Shown: in pieces, positions 35,088 to 45,600 of the stretch
Layout: the number at the start of each line of letters is the position of its first letter
Numbering within the stretch: the stretch's first letter is position 1
From: a virus
Taxonomy: Duplodnaviria; Caudoviricetes
IMG/VR virus record: IMGVR_UViG_3300037191_001144
Coordinates: 1-57,863 of that record
DNA: 57,863 nucleotides
Direction: 5' to 3' (one strand)
Translations under genes and position numbers: made by a program
Notes under the pieces: model-generated
What the model saw: the letters and a program-made list of their open reading frames with translations, nothing else
Database searches by the model: none
What the model was told of the DNA's origin: nothing

Positions 35088-36221
35088 ATGACGAAATCCG
35101 AAATAAAAGAATTTTTAAAAGACAATACGGGCTACCTAAAAAAGGGGGCGGAGTTTCTTTCAGAGAAGTTTAACTGCAGTGTTGAGACCTGTAAGCTTGC
35201 GCTTAGGGAGTCTAAGACAGAGGTAAAGGGGGAGGAGTTTGATATAGATAACGTAAGTAGCAATGAGATCAGTGAGTTTACCACGTTCCTAAAAAGAAAC
35301 GAGATAGACAAGGCAGACATAAAGTCTGTAAAGTTTTGGCAGAACATGACGGGGGACCATAGGTTCTCGGTGGTAGTCAAGGGGGAGGAGGATGCTATGA
35401 TCTCTGCCAAGCAGGAGCTTATCGATCTGTTAGAAAAAAATAGTGAGGTGGTTGAGGGGGTGTATGAGCCTGAGTTTACCCAGCCTATAGCATATGAGGT
35501 TTCCCTGCCAGATATCCATTACGGAAAGGAAGTGGGAGATACCTTAGAGGTGCTGGAGGATGAGTACATGTACCGCATCAAGTCTTTAATGGCGAAGGCG
35601 GATGGCTTAGATGTCGAAAGAATAATACTACCTATAGGTAACGACGGTATGAACTCGGAAGGGTACTCACGTGCCACTACTAAGGGGACCCCGCAACAAG
35701 ACCACGGAGAATGGCAACAAACATTTGTTGGCTACTGTGCCCTAATAGTTAGGGCCATTAAGTACCTGTCCACTATAGCCCCAGTAGATGTGATAGTTAT
35801 CCAAGGTAACCACGACTTCGAGAGGATGTTCTACGCGGGAGAGTTCCTTCGTGCATACTTTCTAAATAACAAAACTGTAAGTGTAGATAATGGGTTTGAT
35901 ACCCGCAAGTACTATGAGTATGGGGTTAACATGATCATGTATACTCACGGAGATAAGGAGAAGCCAGCCGAGATGCCACTTATAATGGCGACTGAGAGAC
36001 CCATGATGTTTGCTAAGTCTAAGTTCAGGGAGGTGCACTGTGGCCACCTACACAAGGAGATGGTGAACGAGTACCGAGGGGTGAAGGTTAGGTTCTTGCC
36101 TTCGATATGTAAGAACGATGCTTGGCATAAGTCTATGGGGTACGAGGCAAAACGTGTAGCCCAGGCCCATATATGGAATAAGAGTACAGGATACGAAGGA
36201 TACTTACAAACGAACCTATGA
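35088..36221 (+). CDS. Calcineurin-like metallophosphoesterase
   Basis: PDIHYG, GND, GNHD, HGD, GHLH motifs. Confidence 0.82.
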   Translation: MTKSEIKEFLKDNTGYLKKGAEFLSEKFNCSVETCKLALRESKTEVKGEEFDIDNVSSNEISEFTTFLKRNEIDKADIKSVKFWQNMTGDHRFSVVVKGEEDAMISAKQELIDLLEKNSEVVEGVYEPEFTQPIAYEVSLPDIHYGKEVGDTLEVLEDEYMYRIKSLMAKADGLDVERIILPIGNDGMNSEGYSRATTKGTPQQDHGEWQQTFVGYCALIVRAIKYLSTIAPVDVIVIQGNHDFERMFYAGEFLRAYFLNNKTVSVDNGFDTRKYYEYGVNMIMYTHGDKEKPAEMPLIMATERPMMFAKSKFREVHCGHLHKEMVNEYRGVKVRFLPSICKNDAWHKSMGYEAKRVAQAHIWNKSTGYEGYLQTNL

Positions 36222-36418
36222 GCTACAAAACAAACAAGAAGACTAAGGCTAAGATAGATAACCTATTGGATCGCAACGCTGCGTACCAGGCCTCTCAGAT
36301 GTGCAAGACGAACAGTAAGACTAGGCGTGAAGAGATTAATAGGCACTGCAGGGTGCAGTTTATAAATCCTATTAAGGAGTACGACTTAGAGTTCTTCCGA
36401 ACGATTCAACTAGGGTAG
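36218..36418 (+). CDS. Hypothetical basic protein
   Basis: 66 aa, ATGA-coupled; last + strand gene. Confidence 0.6.
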   Translation: MSYKTNKKTKAKIDNLLDRNAAYQASQMCKTNSKTRREEINRHCRVQFINPIKEYDLEFFRTIQLG

Positions 36419-36673
36419 TATCTCAGAACGATCCACTAGGCTCAAGACTTTTTTGATACCCTGTAGCTCTCTGCATTTTTCATACTCTTCCCTCTCCTCG
36501 AAGTACTCTGTGAGTATATCGTATATGTCCCCGTCCATTATCTTTAATTCTAAAAAGGGATTGTACTCTAAGATTATAGGGTCATAAAATTTAGCTAACT
36601 CTTCTACTGTGCTCTTCCCCGTAAGGACCATATAGCTTAAGCTTATTGCTAGATCTTTATCGTAGTCTTCCAT
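36410..36673 (-). CDS. Hypothetical protein (EEYEKC motif)
   Basis: 87 aa; YFEEREEYEKC resembles a UVR-like helix. Confidence 0.6.
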   Translation of the reverse strand: MEDYDKDLAISLSYMVLTGKSTVEELAKFYDPIILEYNPFLELKIMDGDIYDILTEYFEEREEYEKCRELQGIKKVLSLVDRSEILP

Positions 36674-36674
36674 C

Positions 36675-39600
36675 TCATTCTCTTATAGATTCTAAGTACT
36701 CTTCCCTTTGCTCGTCTTGATACGCCTTCTCCTCGGCTTCGTACTCCTCCTGTTCGGGGTCGTAGTATAGCTCCTCAAGGTATGCCTCTAACTCCTGCTC
36801 CTCTTTGTACTGTTCAGGGAAATACTCTTTCATCTCTTTCTTTGTGGTTTTCTTCTTCTTCTTTTTCTTCTTCTTTTCTTCAGGTCCATCTATAACGTAG
36901 TCGCTATACTGAAGGACTCGTAGCATAGCCTCCTTGGGTTCCATCCCCCCCTCGGTAAGCTTAGTGAAGTTGTTAAAGATCTTCTCTATATTTGAGGCTG
37001 GGATTCCAAACATAGCAAGGCCCTCGTTTATTGCTTTGCGTGTCCACTTCTCCTTAGTCTCAGGGGTCTTGGCCTTCGCTGCGTTATTCATATATAGGGC
37101 TACGTTCTTTGGCATATCCAGGGCAGGGATAGCTGGCATGTTAAATGCCCACGGCTTTCCTTGTATAGCGTCAGCTACCATACCTATAACATCCCCTGCT
37201 ATAAATAGGGAGTTGAAGTTACCAATTATCGCGGCTCTCATCATATCCTCCTCGTCCTCCTCGTCCCAGTCAGATCCAAGAGGGAACCCTAGGGATACCC
37301 ACTGGAAGAACATAGGCATAACAAAGTGGTAGGTGAGTATGGTTCTCGCATTACTAATCAACGTCCCCTTCCCCTCCTTACCGCCTGATCTAATAATTCT
37401 AGAAAGGTTTCTAAGAGACCTAAAGACTTTACGGTTGTATTGTTTTGGCGTAGTCATGAACATGTTAAGAACCCTCATGTACCCGTCACCCGTTTGATAA
37501 AGGTCTTTGTTCTGAATGTCTGATGACTGCTGTGTGTTCTTAGTGTCCTTCTCAAACCTGCGTATAGCATAGTCGATAGCCTGCTGCTCCGTAGCTCCAG
37601 GGTTATTCTTTTTAAACTGTGCCTTATGGTAAGAGTAGTTCGGCATACCCCCAATATATATCGCGGCCTTGTCCCCGAACTTAGTGGTCCACATAGCCAT
37701 ATTTATAAGAGCATTTTGAATGGGTTGAGGCATGAATTTCTGAACCCTCTCTGGAGCGTATGTCTCTATGGCCTTCATGATACTCTGGTAGTTACGGTCG
37801 TCCATGTATACTGAGTTAGCCTTGATCTCTTTAAAGATCTGTCTCATCTGTACTATATTAACAGCTGCGTACTTTACCCAGTTTGCGTATCCTATATCAC
37901 TTGCGTAGGTGAAGAACGAGGTAAGCTGCTTTATCATAACGACAGGGTTAAGTCCTAGGCGAGAGGTAATGAATGCGCTATTCATAAAGTTCACAAACCT
38001 TGCCCCCTTGTTTACCTTACCCTTGTTTGCTACACGCTCTATGCTAAGTCGAACCCCCTCTAGCACATCCGATCCGTATATTGCTTTAATAGTGGCGGCC
38101 ATCTTAGGGTTTAGGAGAAGCTTATTGATATAGTTAATAGGCTCTGCCATGCCCGCGAGGTGGTTCATCTCCTCTATGTAGAACATTAGGTTTGCCGTTC
38201 CGTCTACCCCTTCCTTGATAGGGTCTTTGGTCTGCACTCGATACTTCGAGGACCCTGCTGTTACTACAGTGTTGGACCCTTTGTTTGCCAGCAGGTCGAG
38301 GTCTTGTATTACCTGGCCATCATGCATCAAGGGTCCTGCATAGAACTCGTTCCATGGCATGTCTGTTTTGTATACCTTTAGGTACGCCTCATTAAAGATA
38401 GGGTATACCATAGGGAAGAACTCGTCCACCTGCCAGTCTGCAAATGCCTTTGTCTCTGGGTCTAGTGTGGATGTAAGTTCCCCCATGATACGTTCGTAAT
38501 CTTTCCCAAACCTAGACTCGAAAGAGGGGTGGTTAGATGGGTCCTTAAATTGATTGTATAGATAGTACGCCTCGCCCTGAGACATCGATATCTCCTGGTT
38601 TCTCTTAGCCTCTCTTAGGTCTACCTTATTCTCAGACGTAGGGTTGTCATCGTAGGTTTTCTGAGCCTTATCAACGGCAGCCTGGTCTATATATATTCCC
38701 GTCTTGTTAACGTTAGCTAATGCCCCTACCTTAAACTTCCACAACTTCCCCCACAACTCCTTCATCTTGCCCTCTACTGAGCGCTTCATCATAAGGTTAT
38801 TGGCCTTCTCTACTCGTGTCCCCTCGTCGATCCTGTCCACCACCTGCTGATCTGTGATGCCACCGAATATCTCTCCTGGGAGTTTAGATATTTTATTTAT
38901 CATCCCTCCCAGATCCTGCTGCTTAAAGAAGTAGTTCTTTACCATGTCGGTAAAGCTCCTTAGCACTCTTACTAATCTGTTTTGTGTTTCTTTTGCTCGG
39001 GCTCTGTTCTTCTTCGCTAATACTTTCAGGTCCACCGCATCGAAATTTATGTCCCCTTTCTCGTGGATAACTTTGCCATCGTCGTCTAGTACGTCCTCCT
39101 CGTATAGAGGGAGGTCCTCCCCTGTAATGTCCTTATGTATCTCCTTATAGCTCTCGTCAAACTCTGCCTTCTCCTTAGCTAAGGTCTCCTTAAGGTTGCT
39201 TCGTCCCCCGTCTACTAGTCCTTTTATAGCTGCGTATGCGCGGTCTAAAGCAATCGCCTTATTAGGGTCATTGTCCTCCATCAACATAGCATTATTGAGA
39301 TTAATAGCTGCGATCAATCCCTCCATCTGCTGCCTCTCTTCTGGGGTGGTCTCCATCTTGTTGGCTAATTCGTTGAACTCTTCCAGGAGCTGAACGTTTC
39401 TATCATTAACCTCCTTTGCGAGAACTGTCTTAGCAAACTTAATATTAGAGATCAAGTTCTTCACAACTCTTCGCGTTGTATTATCTATGCTTGTCCCCTT
39501 TAGTCTTCCGCTCTGCTTACTCTCATATGGCTTAAGGATTTTGCTTATAGCGCGAGAGAGTATCCCTACATTTTTCTTTGTAGAAAGCTGTATCACCTCA

Positions 39601-42600
39601 TGCATTAGGCCGTTCATATCCTTACTTGTTGCTTGGGCTATCCTACGTGCTAGGCTCAGGGCCTCCTGCTTAGAGTACACTGTCTTCGGTAGCGTCTGAC
39701 GCATGAATCGTAGTAGCTCTCTCTTCGCCTCCTGTAGTTGGCGGGCCCCTTGGTTACGGAAACGTACCATCTGGCGTAGCTTAGTTAAAGCCTGACGCAT
39801 GTTCTTCGTTGGTCGTACACCTAAAGTTTTTTGTAGCTCGTTCACCATCTCTGCCTGGAGTGTGGCGGCGTCTTTCATTGCTACGTCCTTGCCCTTTACC
39901 TTGCGGGTATCTGCTAGTTTTTTATATGCAGGGTGTTCCATTAGGCGCTCGATAGCTAGGTCCATTATCTCCTGGTCAGAAAGCTTCGCCTTCTTCGTCG
40001 CGTTAGACTTCTCTAGCTTTGTCTCAAAGGCTCCTACCGCCTTGTCTACTTCTACCTTCGCGGATATATTCTCTAGTCTTTTTATTTCGTATAGCTCCTT
40101 AACCTTCGCGTCAACCTCGCTCTTTGAGCGGGGGTTTACCCTCATCTTGTTTGTCTTCTCTACTCGCTCTCGGATCTTACGTTTTATCTCACGCATCTCG
40201 TCACCCGTCTTAACCTTAGCCTTCGTTAGCTCCTTCCTCTTCTCTCTTACCTTAGTCTTTAGTTGAGCCGCGGTCTCCTTCGTCCTCTTGACGTTAGCCT
40301 TTGTCTCCTTTGCTATAAAGTCTTGTATGTTTTTAAACAAACGCAATCCTTCTAGCAGGCCTCCCTCTACCTCAGCAAAACTCTTTGGCAGTTTGGAGAA
40401 TAAATCTACATCAAACTCTAGAAGTTTTTTAACTACATTCTTTGGGATCTTCTTAATCCTGTTAAGGTAACTACCTATAGCTGAGTCCTTTAGTCCCGCT
40501 CCTCTTCCCTCTGTTATCACCTCTTGTATAGAGGCGTCAGCTCCGTCAACATCTAGCTGGAACTTTACTGGGCTACCCTCCTTGTCTAGGACAGGGTCAG
40601 TAAACGTCTCACCCGTAGACCTGTCAGCGGCTACAACTTTAGCCTTACCCTTCTTGTCTGTGACAACCTTCCCCTTTACAGTGAAGCTTGAGTCATCCAT
40701 AGATAAGTACTCTGGGTTCTTAGCGTATACTAATCCTCCTATCTGTATAATTTCTTCTGCCGATCCTAAAGGTTGCCCCGTGCTACGGTCCCAGAAAGAT
40801 GAGTGTCTGAATGGATTCATTCCCACCTGCACCCAGTCAGAATTATTTGCAACCTCCTCAATCATGGACTGAGCATTAGTTCCTACCTCCTCTACCGTGT
40901 TGCCTTCTATAGCTACGGGCTCCCCAAACATCTTAGCGAAGGTCGTCTTGCCCTGTGCCCCTGAAGCTATGTTCGCAGCTATACGTGCGTCTGTTTCAAA
41001 GGTTACGTTCTTAAGTCTTACGGCTGGACCATATGATATAGGCTTCCCCTTAGAGCTAGGCTCATGTACTGTCACGATCCATGCGTTGGATCTAAGGTAT
41101 GCGGGGATGTCTAGTCTAGCCCCTACTCTTTTTAATTTCTTACCTGTATCTGGGTCTACTAATGGAGCTAGGATCTTCTCCGATTGGTTACGGGTCAGGG
41201 CCTTATCCATTCTCTCCCTAGACACGGGTGCAAAGAACTCCTCTATGGGTCCTATAGGGCTGTTCTTAGCCACTATCTTTCTGTAGTCAGCGTTGGTTAT
41301 CTCTCCTCGTAGAAGACGGCTTACAGCCTCCTCTACCTTAGAGGTTCTCTTCGCTATCTTAGACTCCTTCATGTTCATCTCAGGGGTCTCCTTCCATGCG
41401 AGCTGGTACTTTGCTCTACCTGATGGCCCTACTCTAGGAGTTTTATATGCGCCCCCATATGCTGAGTGTGATCTACTCTGCTTAAGTCTTTGAGGGTTAG
41501 ATACTTTAGATTTAAAGTTCCATCCCTTAAGTTTCTCTATGTCAATAGGCTGAGTCGTAGACCTTATCTCATCTATCTTCTTCCATGAGTCGTCCTGTCT
41601 CTGAGTCTTACGTGTGATAGTCTCGCTATCCGTGTGCGCCGTAAAGTTAGAGAGGTAGTCCCACTCCCCGTCATTAGTTGCTTTCCTCCAGAAGTTTACA
41701 AAGTGTTGCCCGTTATTAAACTTCCGCTCTCTAGTTACACGGTCTCCCCATGTGCTCTCCTCCTCCCACGTTACAGTAAATTCTTTCTTAGGAAGCTTCG
41801 CTGGGTTTAGTGGGTCGGTTATATTATTGTTACTTATGTAAGCGTCAGGTAGGATGTCTCCCTTCTTGTATTTAGTGTCCTCCTCTAGCTTAGACAGGTC
41901 ATTACCCTGGTCGTCTAGTTGGAACTTTACTTTAGCTCCCTTAACCTGTATGTCTTTAGGAACCTTTGCTACGTACTGTCCTCCCATAGCAGAACGTGCC
42001 GCCAGAGGTTTAGTTCTTTCTCCTAACGGAGTTTGGTTTGCTTCAAGTGAGGCAGGCTTTGCATTTGGGTATATTTTTCTTACGTCAACAGCCTTGTCAA
42101 ATACCATCAATGGTTTCCCTGGGATCGCCCAAGGGTAAGCTGGGTGGTACCCTGGGTCTCCTTCCTTTAACTTAAAAGGCTTCGCCCCTTTCTCAAACTC
42201 TATCGCTGAGACAACGTCTCCATACCCCACACCTTTTAGAGATGGGTCATTAACTACCTCAGATATATTTGTTGGTACACTTTTTAAAGGAGTAAAAGGA
42301 GAGATGTTAAACTTTTCATACGACTCTTTGCTTAAAAATGTTTTGGCAAAACTCCCTCGTTGCTCAAAATTGAGAGGAGACAATAAGGTTTGAAGTTCTT
42401 CTATACTACTTATCTGACTCGGTAGCCCTTTCTTTTTCAGGCCCTTTGCTACCGTCGTTAGCTTTAACTTTCTGTTGATATAGTTAATCATCTCTTTTGG
42501 AGACGCACCATTCTCAATAGCATATGCCACCTCAGCGTTTAGGTAGTCATAGAACTGCATGTTCCCCGTGATTCCGTCAGGGGCCTGGGACATTACAAGG

Positions 42601-45600
42601 CCTACCCCATCGCTGTTGTTTGCTTTGTTAATAATTTTATTTGCAGAGTCTTCTGTTGAGAATACCCATGCCGCATTACTCCCTTGAGACTGAGCTCCGT
42701 AAGGGTATAAGAACCCTCCATTAAACATATATTTAAGTCCCGAAGGGCTCTGTGACATACCGTATGTGGCTTGGTCAGCCGCAAAAACAAAAGCATTTAT
42801 TCCTTCTAACTTATTGACAGATCCTCTCTTGATGCTACTCATATCAATCCCACCCCTATCTAAGTTGAATTTAGTTTTCGTTTTTAAATCTATAGATGGC
42901 CCATCAGAGTCTGGGATGTTTGTAGGGATAGGTCCTTCGGCATCCTCAACAGCCTCTCCTGGTACTACTTCCCCTCCTCCTAATTGATTCTTAGTTCGTC
43001 CCTTCTCTAAGGCATTTAGTTTATTAGTCACATCAACCTCCTTCATCCCTGAGGTGTCACCTAACGCATCTATCTTAGCCTTAAGGTCAGCCTTTACTTC
43101 TTGCTGCACCTCTACTAAGTATGCGTCTCTCTGCTCCTCACTCATCCCATCCATAGCAGACTGGTCTACTACGACGGTTGAGTATATAGACGAGGTGCCT
43201 CTGCTCCCTGGCAGTACGTTGCCTGCACTATCCGTAGTGGCTCTAGCTTGAACTATAGTCTCGCCTTCTACTGCAGGAGAAACTTCAGTGGTTTTTCTGC
43301 CTAGCAATCCTGACTTCTTAGTCACAGCTTCCTTACCCTTAGTCTCAGTAACTACTAGAGACTTACCTGGAGAGTACTCGCCACCCTTATCATGTCTATT
43401 CTCTAGGCCGCTGCGGTATAAACTCTTTCCCGCAGGCTTATCGCCTTGATACTTATACCCGTCACCTAGGTTGGTACTACCTATAACCTTGCTCTTAGGT
43501 GCAGCAGGAGCTGCCTCCTTAGTCTTTTTAGTCCCGTCCTCTTTAAGCTCTTGACGCTTAGTAGTGTCATTGATATCGAACTCCTCTTTCGCGGATGTCT
43601 CCTTTGGCTTAGGGGCTACCTTCTTTTTTGGAGCAGCCTCTTTAGCTCTCGCTTTAGGAGCCACCTTCTTATCAACTGGTTTAGCATATTGTTCTAAAGT
43701 TTCTAAGTCAGAATCTGTAATCTCTTCTCCCGATATAGTCTTGCGGGCTATAGTATTTAATAGGTCTATGACGGCCTGGTTCTTAGACGCGGCATCCCCT
43801 TTGTTGCTGAAGACTCTGTCTAAAACAGTTGGGCTTAACCCTAAAGTTTTAGAGATCTTCTTGAGCCATGTAACGATCGCACTCTTAGTCTCAGAGTTTG
43901 CCTCAGAGTAATGCTCTGCTAGTATAGCAGTAACCTCCGCTAACTGCTCCTCGTTTAACACCTCTATAAAACCCTCTGACTCATTGTTCGCTTCCTCTAT
44001 CTGCTCAAGAAGAGAGTCTAGTTTAGCTTGACCCTCAGGCGTTGAGTTAACTTCTTGTGCTTCAGCCAGTTGGTTGTACTCGCTTTGTAAAGAAGCCGAT
44101 CTCTCACCCGCCTGCTGAGAAGCCGTCTCATATAAGAGTCTAAATTTCTCAAGTCTTTTAAGGATATCTTTATCTGTAATGCTATTCATCACAGTCTCTA
44201 GCATGTCCTTAGTTGCCAGTTGAATACGTGAATCCGTACCTAGCTTTTCGCTTAGGACGGCATGGAATATCTCGTGTGATATAGTCCCTAGGGTAGCGGT
44301 TGAAAGGTTTATATGTATGGTATTACCTTTATACATTCCCTTACCTCTTCCCCCTAGTTTCTTATAGCTTTCAGGAGAGCTATGTAAGACTATCTTAGTA
44401 TCAGGAAGGATCTTAGCTAAAGCTTTAGCGGATGTGTTAGCGATCTTAACTACAGCCCTCTCCAGTAGAGACCTCTTCTTCTTAACGGTAGGGTCTGAGA
44501 CTATACCAACGTTAGCCTCTAGCTTCTCTACCTCCAACTCCGTACCGTCAGGAGTCTCTATCTTAGTCTTCTCCCCTACCTCTATAGTCTCATCTGTTTC
44601 CCCCTCTGCCTTTCTCTTCCCTGTATCACCACCAAAGAGGCTCTCAAGTATAGCTACCTCCTCTTGCTCCGAGGTATCCTCACCCGTGACGTCCGTAGTT
44701 TGTTCGGTGCCGTCCTGGGTAGCGTCCCCGTCGGTGTCTCCGCCTCCCACTGCTTCGCCATCTCTGGTTTGTTCTGGTGCATCCACCTTCTCTGTGCTTG
44801 ACTCTTGAACGGCATCTTGTTTTTGTTTTAATAATTTTTTACTTAATTTTTTTCCTTTCCCGTCTTGAGTGTCTTCAAACTGATCAATAAACTTAATGTC
44901 TTTTACAACTGTAACATCTTGAGGAACGGAAGGTCCGTCTTTAATATTTTTTAACACCACGGCATCAAATCCTTCTGCAAAAGCCTCTTGAATAATAGCG
45001 TTTTTATCCATAGCAGAGCTGGAACTTTCTCCATTAAACTCTACCTCTTTAATATTTTCCGTGTTTAATACAGCGGAATATATAGTGGGTTCAATACCTT
45101 TAAGTTTACCTAAGCCTAACATATTAAGTAACTGGCCCATCCCGTCACCATTAACTTCGTTAGCATAAAACCCAGCAACACCAGGATCATTGCTGAAAAA
45201 TATACCTTTGGGAGATCCCCCGTCAGCATTAGAGCCCACCTTGCTCATGTCAAACGTATTAAACTTACGAGGAGAGCCCGTGAAAAGAAGTTTTTTCCCT
45301 CCCTTTTTATATACAGGGGCTTTATCTTTTCTGGGGCTAGCCTCTGCTTCTACAGTAATAACGTCCGCGTCTGCCTCTACGTCTGCCTCTACATCTGCTT
45401 CTACACCTACCTCTTCGCCTACTTCTTTTAGGCTCTCGTTGATAGCGTCTATCTCCGTCTGCTGTTTAGTTACAAGCTGTTTATCTGAAGCGTCTACCTG
45501 CTTCTGTAGTTTTGCCCTACGTAGTAGAAGGCCTAACGCTTTTTTCTTTTGATCCCCCGTATAGTCGCTAGGGATCTGAGACGTCATACCAGCAATACTC